From positions 2,535,588 to 2,559,587 of the forward strand of contig NZ_CP062788.1 in the NCBI RefSeq assembly GCF_025136295.1: DNA of 24,000 bases, read 5' to 3'. This document shows, piece after piece, positions 8,716 to 16,835 of this stretch (within the stretch, counting starts at the first letter, position 1; each line of letters begins with the position of its first letter). The notes under the pieces are model-generated. The model was not told the DNA's origin. It did no database searches and worked only from the letters and a program-made list of their open reading frames with translations. A program made the position numbers and the translations under genes. The stretch is from Aestuariispira ectoiniformans (GTDB lineage Bacteria > Pseudomonadota > Alphaproteobacteria > UBA8366 > Aestuariispiraceae).

Positions 8716-8830
8716 GTAATATATCCTTCGCTAGAGTTGTATGTGACTTCGATAGCGAGGGCTGCGTATTCTGCAATTGTGTTGATTACGATCTTGCTAA
8801 TACGGAATTACCAGTGCCCATTTCACAAGA

Positions 8831-8844
8831 ATTTTCCGGAAAAT
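8831..8844. promoter_or_regulatory. Perfect 14-bp palindrome ATTTTCCGGAAAAT, candidate operator upstream of luxI
   Basis: The palindrome is perfect and its centre lies about 122 bp upstream of the luxI ATG. It is shorter than classical lux/tra boxes and unlike them. The functional assignment is a guess. Confidence 0.25.
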
Positions 8845-9088
8845 GGCGGTAACCCTTGGATAGGTAATCGTTAGAATTGTGCGGCTCACCCGTACTTTTA
8901 CGGTGTTAGCGCTATTTTCTTCATTCGATTATGAGATGAATGATACCTGTGAAGATACATTAATTGGTCGGGACTCGGTGTGATCAGTAATAGTGGGACT
9001 AGATAGCTGTGCTGTCTGCCGCGACGTGGCTGTCAGCGGTATTCTCAATGCAATATCGTTCGCTGCAGTTCTGGTCTTTTCCGGCATA

Positions 9089-9122
9089 GAAAAACCCGCG
9101 ATTGAAACAATCGCGGGTTTTA
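9089..9122 (-). terminator. Intrinsic terminator immediately downstream of tRNA-Gln
   Basis: The minus-strand RNA reads AAACCCGCGAUUG-UUU-CAAUCGCGGGUUUUU. It has a perfect 11-bp stem (9094-9104 / 9108-9118) plus a U-run, starting a few nt after the CCA end. Confidence 0.75.
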
Positions 9123-9123
9123 T

Positions 9124-9197
9124 TGGCTGGGGGACCTGGATTCGAACCAGGACTAACGGAGTCAGAGTCCGTGGGTCTACCGTTAACCTATCCCCCA
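9124..9197 (-). tRNA. tRNA-Gln (anticodon CUG), CCA encoded
   Basis: The 74-nt sequence folds by hand as a cloverleaf. The acceptor stem is TGGGGGA / TCCCCCA with the U1:A72 pair typical of bacterial tRNA-Gln. The D arm is GGTT/GACC. The anticodon stem ACGGA/TCCGT closes the loop CT-CTG-AC. The T arm is CCTGG-TTCGAAT-CCAGG, and the discriminator is G followed by CCA. Confidence 0.93.
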
Positions 9198-9243
9198 TCA
9201 GATCGGTGCCATTTGATGTTGCTATCTCGTGGCCGGTGGCGGG

Positions 9244-9272
9244 TTTTTAGCCAAAGCGCCCTGTAGGGTCAA
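9244..9272 (-). promoter_or_regulatory. Possible sigma70-type promoter of tRNA-Gln
   Basis: On the minus strand, TTGACC (9272-9267) is followed by a 17-nt spacer and TAAAAA (9249-9244), about 45 nt upstream of the mature tRNA 5' end. This is a sequence match only. Confidence 0.35.
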
Positions 9273-9508
9273 CTACAAAAATTCGACTTTTTAAATTCTG
9301 TTCGTCGGGCATGCCGCCATTTGGGCAGCCCCGGTCGCTTTATCGGGCGCGATCTGTCATAATTTCTTCATAGAATACACGACCTTCGAGAGGCTTCATG
9401 TTGTGGTTTCGAGAGTGGTTGGTTAAGCTGATTCTGTGCGGTGCTGGGGTGGGGACCGGTGGCACGGACTGTTATGAATAATAATTATAATGCCGGACGT
9501 ATTGTTTA

Positions 9509-10570
9509 ATGGCCCGCCAAACGAAACATCGCCGGATCGCACCACGGTCACGGTTTATGCCTTCCACGGGACGCTGGGCGCATACTTATGCGGCATTGGA
9601 TCTTGGAACCCACAACTGTCGTCTTTTGGTCGCGCGGCCATCGCGGTCAGGCATTCGGGTGATCGACGCCTTTTCCCGTATCGTTCGCCTGGGTGAGGGC
9701 GTGGGCAGTTCCGGACGGCTCAGCGAAGCGGCGCAGCGCCGCGCAATCGAAGCCATTCAGGTTTGTGTGGAGAAAATGGACCGGCGGGGTGTCAACCGCT
9801 ATCGGGCCATTGCGACACAGGCCTGCCGGCTGGCGTCAAACAGGGATCAGTTTGTCGACCGTGTGATGAGCGAGACAGGCGTTCTGCTGGATGTGATCGA
9901 CGCGCGTGAGGAAGCACGGTTGGCGATTAAAGGTTGTGTCCCGTTGCTGTGCCCGGGGAGTGATTATGCCATTATCTTCGATATTGGCGGGGGCAGCACC
10001 CAGGTCGTACTGGTTCATTGCAAGTCTGGATCAACGACAATCGTTGACAGCATGTCTATTCCCTACGGGGTTGTCACCCTGGGGGAGCAGATCGGCACCG
10101 ATGCTCTGGACGAGCAGGTCTACGGGCGTTGGGTCGAAACGATTCGCGAGGTCCTGGAAGCCTTTTGCCTACGCAACAAGCTGGCGGCCAAGGTTGCGGA
10201 TGGCCGGGTGCAAATGCTGGGTACATCCGGCACTGTGACGACACTCAGCGGGATTGACCGGTCCTTGCCACGCTATATTCGCTCTGAAGTGGATGGCAGC
10301 TATTTGGCATTCGATGCCGCACGGGAGATCAGTCACCGCCTGCGCCGGATGTCTTTGGGGCAACGTGCAGATGAACCCTGTATTGGCAAAGACCGGGCTG
10401 ATCTGGTATTGGCCGGGTGTATCATTTTGGAAGCAATTTGTTCTGTCTGGCCTGTCGGCCGGTTGCGTGTTGCGGATCGAGGGATACGTGAAGGCATTTT
10501 GCAGGATTTGATGAAAGCGGCGGACGTCGAGTCGGCCACATGGGGACAGATGAATGGCGAGCGGTGTTAA
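9509..10570 (+). CDS. Ppx/GppA-family phosphatase (exopolyphosphatase-like)
   Basis: The 353-aa protein has the ASKHA-fold phosphate motifs [26 protein letters not shown] and LGTSGTVTT. The start codon is uncertain because 9509 has no clear SD. The 3' end overlaps rlmE by 17 nt. Confidence 0.78.
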   Translation: MARQTKHRRIAPRSRFMPSTGRWAHTYAALDLGTHNCRLLVARPSRSGIRVIDAFSRIVRLGEGVGSSGRLSEAAQRRAIEAIQVCVEKMDRRGVNRYRAIATQACRLASNRDQFVDRVMSETGVLLDVIDAREEARLAIKGCVPLLCPGSDYAIIFDIGGGSTQVVLVHCKSGSTTIVDSMSIPYGVVTLGEQIGTDALDEQVYGRWVETIREVLEAFCLRNKLAAKVADGRVQMLGTSGTVTTLSGIDRSLPRYIRSEVDGSYLAFDAAREISHRLRRMSLGQRADEPCIGKDRADLVLAGCIILEAICSVWPVGRLRVADRGIREGILQDLMKAADVESATWGQMNGERC

Positions 10571-11291
10571 AGGCGGCGGTGGTAAAAAGGGCAAAGGCAA
10601 AAAAGGAGCCTCTGTCCGTAATGTGACGGATGGACGGCAGCCGCGCGTTCGGGTGAAAACGGCGAAACGCCGAAAGACATCGTCCACGCGGTGGCTGGAG
10701 CGCCAGTTGAACGATCCCTATGTTGCCGAGGCCCGGCGGTTGGGCTACCGCGGGCGTGCGGCCTTCAAGCTGATTGAAATTGACGACAAATACGACTTCC
10801 TGCAGCCAGGGCAAACCGTTTTGGACCTGGGCTGTGCGCCGGGCGGTTGGGTCCAGGTGACGCAGGAGCGTATTGGCGAAAAGGGTGCCGTTGTCGGGAT
10901 CGACCTGCTTGAGGTGGAGCCGATTGCCGGGGCGACCTTGATTCAAAAAGACTTCATGGACGATGATGCGCCGGACCTGCTCAAATCCGCACTCGGCGGG
11001 CCAGTCGACGTGGTCTTGAGCGACATGGCGCCCTGGACAACCGGTCATGCGCCGACAGATCACCTGCGGATCATCGGTCTGGTGGAGGCTGCCGCCTATT
11101 TCGCAGCGGAAGTGTTGAAGCCGGGTGGAAGCTTTATTGCGAAAGTCTTTTCCGGTGGAACGGAGCAGAACCTGTTGAACCAGCTAAAGCGGGATTATCA
11201 AAAGGTTGCACATTTCAAACCACCGGCAAGCCGCAAGGAATCTGCTGAAATGTATGTCGTGGCCATTGGATTCCGGGGCGAGCGTCCCTAA
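10554..11291 (+). CDS. rlmE: 23S rRNA (uridine2552-2'-O)-methyltransferase RlmE/FtsJ
   Basis: The protein has a basic N-terminal extension followed by [11 protein letters not shown]. The SAM-binding motif [11 protein letters not shown] and the segments VVLSDMAP and FIAKVFSG are present. Confidence 0.9.
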   Translation: MASGVKGGGGKKGKGKKGASVRNVTDGRQPRVRVKTAKRRKTSSTRWLERQLNDPYVAEARRLGYRGRAAFKLIEIDDKYDFLQPGQTVLDLGCAPGGWVQVTQERIGEKGAVVGIDLLEVEPIAGATLIQKDFMDDDAPDLLKSALGGPVDVVLSDMAPWTTGHAPTDHLRIIGLVEAAAYFAAEVLKPGGSFIAKVFSGGTEQNLLNQLKRDYQKVAHFKPPASRKESAEMYVVAIGFRGERP

Positions 11292-11316
11292 ACGACGATT
11301 GCATCAACCACAAATA

Positions 11317-11346
11317 AGCCCGTCTCCAATGGAGGCGGGTTTTTTG
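11317..11346 (+). terminator. Rho-independent terminator of rlmE
   Basis: Stem CCCGTCTCC / GGAGGCGGG (one G:U pair) has a short loop and is followed by T6. Confidence 0.75.
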
Positions 11347-11391
11347 TGTTTACATATAAAAATTCATGTAATACATGAATAAATTATTGAA

Positions 11392-11952
11392 ATGATGTTT
11401 GGAGTGGTTGCGATGACGATCAGTACATTGAGTAAGGTAATCAGGCTCAGCCTGACGCTGCGTGTTATCTGCTGGCTGGGCATTATTGCCTTGCCCCTGA
11501 TGGAGGCGGCTGTCTGGCTGAATGCGGATTGGCTGAAGGAAACGGATGCCTTTGCTGACTTGGGGCTTAGTTATGCGGATTTGTCTTTGTTGCGTCGGGT
11601 CGGGGCGCTGGCAATTTCGATGGTGCCGGTGTTGATACTGATCTATGGGTTGTGGCGTTTGGTCCTGCTGTTTTCCGCCTATGCCGCGGGGCGGATCTTT
11701 GATACGGAAACTGCCGGACACCTGAAGGCTTTCAGCATTTGCGTCCTGCTGAATGCCATTGTTGAGATTATGAGCACAACAGCGTTGACCGCCTATCTGA
11801 CCTTCGACCGGCCGGAAGGGGAGCGGATGGTGTCTGTCACGGTCAGTGATCAGGAGTTTGGTGTCCTTCTCATGGGCGGACTTCTTCTTGTCGTCGCCTG
11901 GGTTCTGGGTGAAGGGGCGAAACTGGCCGATGAAAACAGGCAGTTTGTCTGA
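11392..11952 (+). CDS. Small multi-pass membrane protein, DUF2975-like
   Basis: The 186-aa protein has four or five hydrophobic segments. Its stop overlaps the start of the YozG-like HTH gene (TGATG), which is the usual DUF2975/HTH pairing. The start could be 11392, 11395 or 11413. The family call is from memory of this gene pair and is not verified. Confidence 0.6.
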   Translation: MMFGVVAMTISTLSKVIRLSLTLRVICWLGIIALPLMEAAVWLNADWLKETDAFADLGLSYADLSLLRRVGALAISMVPVLILIYGLWRLVLLFSAYAAGRIFDTETAGHLKAFSICVLLNAIVEIMSTTALTAYLTFDRPEGERMVSVTVSDQEFGVLLMGGLLLVVAWVLGEGAKLADENRQFV

Positions 11953-12170
11953 TGCCGATAATTGTTCGACTGGATGTGGTCCTGGCCCAACGCAAGATGA
12001 AGTCAAAGGAGCTTGCAGCCCAAATCGGGATCAGTGAGCAAAATCTTTCCATGCTGAAATCGGGCAAGGTCAAAGGTGTTCGATTTGATACGCTTGAAAA
12101 GATTTGTGACGTCTTGAACTGTCAGCCTGGCGACCTGCTGGAGTTTCAGGCCGAAGGAGATGAGAATTGA
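11952..12170 (+). CDS. Small Cro/C1-type HTH regulator (YozG-like, COG3655-type)
   Basis: The 72-aa sequence IIVRLDVVLAQRKMKSKELAAQIGISEQNLSMLKSGKVKGVRFDTLEKICDVLNCQPGDLLEF is the typical full-length pattern of this family. Confidence 0.8.
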   Translation: MPIIVRLDVVLAQRKMKSKELAAQIGISEQNLSMLKSGKVKGVRFDTLEKICDVLNCQPGDLLEFQAEGDEN

Positions 12171-12613
12171 AGGTCGTGTTGCAAAGGGTCTCTGAGGCTT
12201 GCGTGCGTATTGATGGTGAAACCGTGGGGGCAATTGACCGGGGCCTGTTGGTGCTGTTCTGTGCGGAAGAGGGGGATACAGACGAGAATGTTTCCTTCTT
12301 TGCACGCAAGATTGCCTTGATGCGGATTTTTGCCGACGAGGATGGCAAGATGAACCGGTCGGTCGTTGATGTCGGTGGAGCAGTCCTTGCGGTCAGTCAA
12401 TTCACATTGGCGGCGCAATGGCGGAAGGGGAACCGTCCCGGCTTTTCCGCTGCTGCCGACCCTGTGGAAGGAGAGCGACTGTACGACCTGCTCTGCGCCG
12501 CCTTGCGGGATCAGGGCCTGCCTGTGGAAACCGGCCGTTTCGGGGCCAATATGCAGGTGGGTCTGACCAATGACGGTCCTATTACGATCGTGATGGATTC
12601 TAACGACGCCTGA
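12167..12613 (+). CDS. dtd: D-aminoacyl-tRNA deacylase
   Basis: The 148-aa protein starts MKVVLQRV and contains SQFTLAA, GNRPGFSAAA and GANMQVGLTNDGPIT. It uses a TTG start at 12167 that overlaps the upstream stop (TTGA). GAAGGAGA SD lies at 12153-12160. Confidence 0.9.
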   Translation: MKVVLQRVSEACVRIDGETVGAIDRGLLVLFCAEEGDTDENVSFFARKIALMRIFADEDGKMNRSVVDVGGAVLAVSQFTLAAQWRKGNRPGFSAAADPVEGERLYDLLCAALRDQGLPVETGRFGANMQVGLTNDGPITIVMDSNDA

Positions 12614-12620
12614 TTGCCGG

Positions 12621-13208
12621 TTACACGGCTTTGGGGGTGACTGTCACAATGACTGCAGCAGCGTTTTCCGCGCAACGAACACGGACCTGCTGATCCAATT
12701 CCTCAAGCTTGAGTGTATGATTGGATTTTACCATCCCGAACCCATCCACATGCACGATACTGTCCAGGGCATGAATGAAGACGGTGGCGGAAGGCTTGGC
12801 CTGGAGCTGCCGTTCTTCTCCATGTGAGAGAAGTTCAACGTCACCAGCCACCAGCTCAGGATCGTAAATCAGGTTGAAATCCCGGATGGGACCGTCGAGC
12901 AGTCGGCAATCAACCTCTGCCTCGCCGGAGAACGCAAAGGCGGGGTCACGATGGCGAACCACATGGGCGGTGCCGTCGACTGTCAATTCCATGCCTGCCC
13001 CTTCAATGGTCGCAATAAGGCGCTGATAGGCGTTGAAATGTGAGAAGGGGCCGTCTGTGGTCACATCTGCGATGCTGACGCGCCATAGACAGCGTTCAGG
13101 ATTATCGCTGTTCTGTTCGATCGCGATTTCAGTTGTTTTACCCAGGCCGTTTTTCCACGGCATGACGTGATAGTCGCTGGGGGAGAGAAGCTCAGTCTTC
13201 ATAGTCAT
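12621..13208 (-). CDS. hutD: HutD/Ves-family protein
   Basis: The 195-aa protein has the N-terminal hallmark of the HutD family, VMPWKNGLGKTTEIAI, and a cupin-like remainder. No other hut genes are present in the window. Confidence 0.72.
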   Translation of the reverse strand: MTMKTELLSPSDYHVMPWKNGLGKTTEIAIEQNSDNPERCLWRVSIADVTTDGPFSHFNAYQRLIATIEGAGMELTVDGTAHVVRHRDPAFAFSGEAEVDCRLLDGPIRDFNLIYDPELVAGDVELLSHGEERQLQAKPSATVFIHALDSIVHVDGFGMVKSNHTLKLEELDQQVRVRCAENAAAVIVTVTPKAV

Positions 13209-13230
13209 GATAATGGCTGTTGTCCGGATA

Positions 13231-13266
13231 AAGTTAAAGCGAGATCTGGAGACCTCGCTTTAACTT
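13231..13266 (-). terminator. Strong hairpin between the ABM gene and hutD (possible terminator, weak U-tract)
   Basis: A perfect 13-bp stem AAGTTAAAGCGAG (13231-13243) / CTCGCTTTAACTT (13254-13266) encloses a 10-nt loop. No convincing U-run follows on either strand. Confidence 0.4.
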
Positions 13267-13288
13267 GGGTTATTTCAACGCTTGTCGT

Positions 13289-13573
13289 CTACTCGGGCTG
13301 GGTGATGGTGTAATGCCGTTCCACATTTATCGTGGCATTTCCCCAGTCACTCGCCTTCACGCGCGCCTGATGTGCGTCAAAGGCCGCCTTGTCGACAAAT
13401 TCTTCATAGACGTCGAATACGCAAGGATCGTCCGAGCGTTGGTTGACCTCAAACACGATGTTCCCGGCTTCGCGTCTCGTCAGGTCTACATGAATTTCCA
13501 GCGCTGCTTTCACCGCGTCCAACTCGTCCTGCGGGACAACAATGTGACCGCGTAAGGTAACCTTGCCCGTCAT
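13289..13573 (-). CDS. ABM-domain protein (antibiotic-biosynthesis-monooxygenase fold, YgiN-like)
   Basis: The 94-aa protein has the size and pattern of an ABM ferredoxin-like fold (EAGNIVFEV...DPCVFDVYEEFVDKAAFDAHQ). It starts 3 nt after the guaA stop. Confidence 0.7.
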   Translation of the reverse strand: MTGKVTLRGHIVVPQDELDAVKAALEIHVDLTRREAGNIVFEVNQRSDDPCVFDVYEEFVDKAAFDAHQARVKASDWGNATINVERHYTITQPE

Positions 13574-13576
13574 TGA

Positions 13577-15130
13577 TCATTCCCACTCGATGGTTCCCGG
13601 CGGTTTGGACGTGTAGTCGTAAACCACGCGGTTGATGCCGTTGACTTCATTGATGATGCGGTTGGTCACCCGGCCCAGGAATTCATGGTCGAAGTGATAG
13701 AAGTCCGCAGTCATGCCATCCGTTGAGGTGACGGCGCGCAGGGCGCAGACATAGTCATAGGTGCGGCCGTCGCCCATGACGCCGACGGTGCGGACCGGCA
13801 GCAGCACGGCAAAGGCCTGCCAGATGGCGTCGTAGAGGCCGGCCTTCTGAATTTCCTCCAGATAGATGGCGTCGGCCTTGCGCAGGATATCCAGTTTTTC
13901 AACCGTGATCGGCTGCCCCGGAATGCGGATCGCGAGACCCGGACCGGGGAAGGGGTGACGGCCGACAAAGCTGTGCGGCAGGCCCAGTTCTTCACCAAGG
14001 ACGCGAACCTCGTCCTTGAACAATTCGCGCAGGGGCTCCACCAGTTTCATATTCATGCGTTCCGGCAGACCGCCCACATTGTGGTGGGATTTGATGGTGA
14101 CCGACGGGCCGCCCGTGAAGGAGACACTTTCGATGACATCCGGATAGAGCGTTCCCTGGGCCAGGAAATCCGCGCCGCCGATTTTCTTGGCCTCCTCTTC
14201 GAAGACTTCGATGAAGAGCTTGCCAATGGCCTTACGCTTTACTTCCGGATCAACGCTGTCGCCGATGGCGGAGAGGAATTCGTCAGATGCATCGCGGTGA
14301 ACCAGGGGGATGTTGTACTGGTTGCGGAACATGTCGACGACCTGCTCTGCTTCGCCCTGGCGCATGAAGCCGTGATCAACGAAAACGCATGTCAACTGGT
14401 CGCCGATTGCCTCATGGGTCAGGACCGCTGTAACAGAGCTGTCGACGCCGCCGGACAGACCGCAAATCACCTTGCCGTCGCCAACCTGCTCACGGATTTT
14501 GGCAATGGCCTGGTCCTTGAATGCCGCCATCGTCCAGTCGCCTTTGCAACCACACACATTATGGGTGAAGTTCCTCAGAAGCTCTGCCCCATGCGGGGTG
14601 TGGACAACCTCCGGGTGGAACTGAACTGCGTAATAGCGTTTTTCATCATTGGCGACGACCGCATAGGGTGCGCCTTCGCTGGTGGCCACCACACGGAAGC
14701 CGGGTGCCAGTTTGCCGACGCGATCGCCATGGCTCATCCAGACCTGTTCCTTGCCGCCTGTCGCCCAGACACCCTGGAAGATTTCGCAGTCTTCCTGAAT
14801 GTCCACATAGGCGCGGCCAAATTCACGATGGTCGGAGGTTTCCACCTTGCCGCCAAGCTGTTCCATCATCGTCTGCTGGCCATAGCAGATGCCGAAGACT
14901 GGCACGTCCATTTCAAAGACCTTCTGCGGCGCCCGTGGAGATTCTTCCCAGGTTACCGAGGCCGGTCCGCCGGAAAGGATTACGCCATTGGGGGCGAAAT
15001 TTTCCAGCAACGCGTCGTCTACACTGTTGAATGGGACGATTTCGCTGTAGATCCCGCTTTCACGCACGCGACGTGCGATAAGCTGGGTTACCTGGCTGCC
15101 GAAATCAATGATGAGAATGCGGTCGGTCAT
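13577..15130 (-). CDS. guaA: GMP synthase (glutamine-hydrolysing)
   Basis: The sequence is unambiguous GuaA ([37 protein letters not shown]-terminal PPGTIEWE). I prefer the ATG at 15130 (MTDRILIID), with AGGAG 8 nt upstream, over the ORF-track start at 15148. Confidence 0.95.
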   Translation of the reverse strand: MTDRILIIDFGSQVTQLIARRVRESGIYSEIVPFNSVDDALLENFAPNGVILSGGPASVTWEESPRAPQKVFEMDVPVFGICYGQQTMMEQLGGKVETSDHREFGRAYVDIQEDCEIFQGVWATGGKEQVWMSHGDRVGKLAPGFRVVATSEGAPYAVVANDEKRYYAVQFHPEVVHTPHGAELLRNFTHNVCGCKGDWTMAAFKDQAIAKIREQVGDGKVICGLSGGVDSSVTAVLTHEAIGDQLTCVFVDHGFMRQGEAEQVVDMFRNQYNIPLVHRDASDEFLSAIGDSVDPEVKRKAIGKLFIEVFEEEAKKIGGADFLAQGTLYPDVIESVSFTGGPSVTIKSHHNVGGLPERMNMKLVEPLRELFKDEVRVLGEELGLPHSFVGRHPFPGPGLAIRIPGQPITVEKLDILRKADAIYLEEIQKAGLYDAIWQAFAVLLPVRTVGVMGDGRTYDYVCALRAVTSTDGMTADFYHFDHEFLGRVTNRIINEVNGINRVVYDYTSKPPGTIEWE

Positions 15131-15274
15131 TAAGGCGGCTCCTGACATAATATATGCGCCCGTTTACTACGGCATTTGCGCCGTTTCTTCAATCTCCTTG
15201 ACAGCGGAAACCGGGAAAAAAGAGGGGTTTCCAGACGAAAGTTTCGGGCACATCGCCTTCGTTCGTGGAAATAG

Positions 15275-16174
15275 TCAGTAATAGCCCTGGAGAATTGGGA
15301 AACCGCTCATGTAGCGTTGCATATATTCCCGCAGGCATTTGGCCTTTGCATTGAGCAGGCGGCCGCTGGGCCAGATGGCGAAAAGGTCGCGTCTGGGGCC
15401 GTACCAGGGGCTGAGAACGCGCTGGAGTCGGCCCTCCTCCAAATGTGCATGAACTTCGATCACCGGCAAAATGGTAATGCCCAGGTCGTCGACAGCGAAT
15501 TGCGCCGCCAGATGCAGGTCGTCGACTTGTGTTGTTGCAGTGGGGTAAATTATTTCCTGCTGGTCGTTTTCCGGCATTTGCAACCTCCACGGAAGGAAAT
15601 GCCTATTCGCAATGATCCGATGATTTTCCAGGTCCGACAGGGTTTCGGGCTGGCCATAGGTCGAGAGGTAACCTGGAGAGGCGACGAGGACGGTCGCCAC
15701 GCTTCCCAATCGCTGTTGGAAAAGCTGGGAATCCGGCTGCGGTCCCACACGTAGGGCGATGTCGATCTGTCCGTTCAGAAGATCGGTAATCTGGTTGTTC
15801 AAATGCAGGTCCAACTGAATATCCGGGTGCTCCTTGATGAAACCCGACCACATCGGTTGAAGAAAGCCGATGGAGATATTGGTGGGGGCCGACACCCGAA
15901 GCCGCCCATGTGGCAAATGAATGTCGCTGCTCAGGCGTTGGGCGGTCTGCTCGAATTCCTGTACGAGATCGCTATAGGCCTGATAGTAGCTTTCGCCTTC
16001 TGTCGTCAGTGCAAATTTTCGCGCGGAGCGGTGCAATAGCTGACAACCAAGTGTTTCCTCCAACTTCTGAAGACGTCTGGTGACGGTTGCCGGTGGCAGG
16101 TTGAGGGCCTTTGCCGCAGCGGCCAGACCTTGTCGTCGAACGATATGAACAAATAAGGCGATATCATCAAACAT
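15275..16174 (-). CDS. LysR-family transcriptional regulator
   Basis: The 299-aa protein has the N-terminal wHTH FVHIVRRQGLAAAAKALNLPPATVTRRLQKLEETLGCQLLHR and a LysR substrate-binding domain. It is divergent from the ABM-DUF2798-RidA operon. Confidence 0.85.
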   Translation of the reverse strand: MFDDIALFVHIVRRQGLAAAAKALNLPPATVTRRLQKLEETLGCQLLHRSARKFALTTEGESYYQAYSDLVQEFEQTAQRLSSDIHLPHGRLRVSAPTNISIGFLQPMWSGFIKEHPDIQLDLHLNNQITDLLNGQIDIALRVGPQPDSQLFQQRLGSVATVLVASPGYLSTYGQPETLSDLENHRIIANRHFLPWRLQMPENDQQEIIYPTATTQVDDLHLAAQFAVDDLGITILPVIEVHAHLEEGRLQRVLSPWYGPRRDLFAIWPSGRLLNAKAKCLREYMQRYMSGFPILQGYY

Positions 16175-16275
16175 GATTCTATTTTTGGAATTTGTAATGT
16201 CATTTCTGTCTATTTATTAAAAATAATGGAAATAGTAAATCAATACCAGTAATCACAACAGAATGTGAGGTTTTG

Positions 16276-16584
16276 ATGTCCAGGTTATGGATCAGCGCGG
16301 GAATTTCGGTTCAGGATGGCGCGGATGTTGAGGAGGCGAGAAAGGCCCTTGCCGGTCTTGCGGAGGAAACAGTGAAAGAACCCGGTTGTTTCAAGTTCGA
16401 TGTCCTGCAGAGCCGGGAGAACCCGAAGCATTTTATGTTGTGGGAATGCTGGCAGGACGACGCCGCATTGAAGGCGCATTTTGAAATGCCCCACACAAAA
16501 GCGGTTCTGGATCGGAACCTGACGTCAGTTCGCTATGTGGAACGGCTGACGGATGTTTCTCTGAAAGGTGGAGGGTTAGTGTAA
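16276..16584 (+). CDS. ABM-domain protein (putative quinol monooxygenase-like)
   Basis: The roughly 102-aa protein contains EPGCFKFDVLQSRENPKHFMLWECWQDDAALKAHFEMPHTK, which is typical of ABM domains. The start is ATG 16276 (or TTG 16273) after GTGAGG. Its stop overlaps the next gene's start (TAATG). Confidence 0.7.
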   Translation: MSRLWISAGISVQDGADVEEARKALAGLAEETVKEPGCFKFDVLQSRENPKHFMLWECWQDDAALKAHFEMPHTKAVLDRNLTSVRYVERLTDVSLKGGGLV

Positions 16585-16799
16585 TGAAATATCGTCTGGT
16601 TTTTTCAGTTCTTATGTCTTTTGTCTTATCGTCGCTTATGTCTCTTTGGGTGACATGGATTAACCTTGGTTGGAGCGGTGAGCTATTCGAGCATTGGATG
16701 AATGCTTTTTCTCTTGCCTGGCCGGCAGCAGCGGTTATTGCGTTCCTGTGCGGGCCGACGGTGCAGGCCGTTACACGGAAACTGGTCTCACCGGCCTAG
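16584..16799 (+). CDS. Small membrane protein, DUF2798-like
   Basis: The 71-aa protein has two hydrophobic helices (FSVLMSFVLSSLMSLWVTWINLG...AWPAAAVIAFLCGP). The family call is from memory. It is translationally coupled to the upstream ABM gene. Confidence 0.6.
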   Translation: MKYRLVFSVLMSFVLSSLMSLWVTWINLGWSGELFEHWMNAFSLAWPAAAVIAFLCGPTVQAVTRKLVSPA

Positions 16800-16835
16800 G
16801 GAACAGGATGTTGAATACTATGGGGGGAAGCGCAA

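Noticed and set aside
8929-9250. Two ORFs (89 aa on the minus strand, 85 aa on the plus strand) in the luxI/tRNA spacer.
   Set aside because: Both run through the tRNA-Gln gene and its terminator. They have no SD and no recognisable sequence.
9398-9481. A 27-codon ORF (MLWFREWLVKLILCGAGVGTGGTDCYE) with GAGAGG upstream, in the tRNA/ppx spacer.
   Set aside because: It is too short to evaluate. The SD spacing is only 4 nt, and there is no conservation information. It is most likely non-coding promoter DNA.
11350-12006. A 218-aa minus-strand ORF opposite the DUF2975-like gene.
   Set aside because: The plus-strand frame yields coherent transmembrane helices and is translationally coupled to the HTH gene. 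The minus-strand product is rich in Q, R, H and P and has no start signals.
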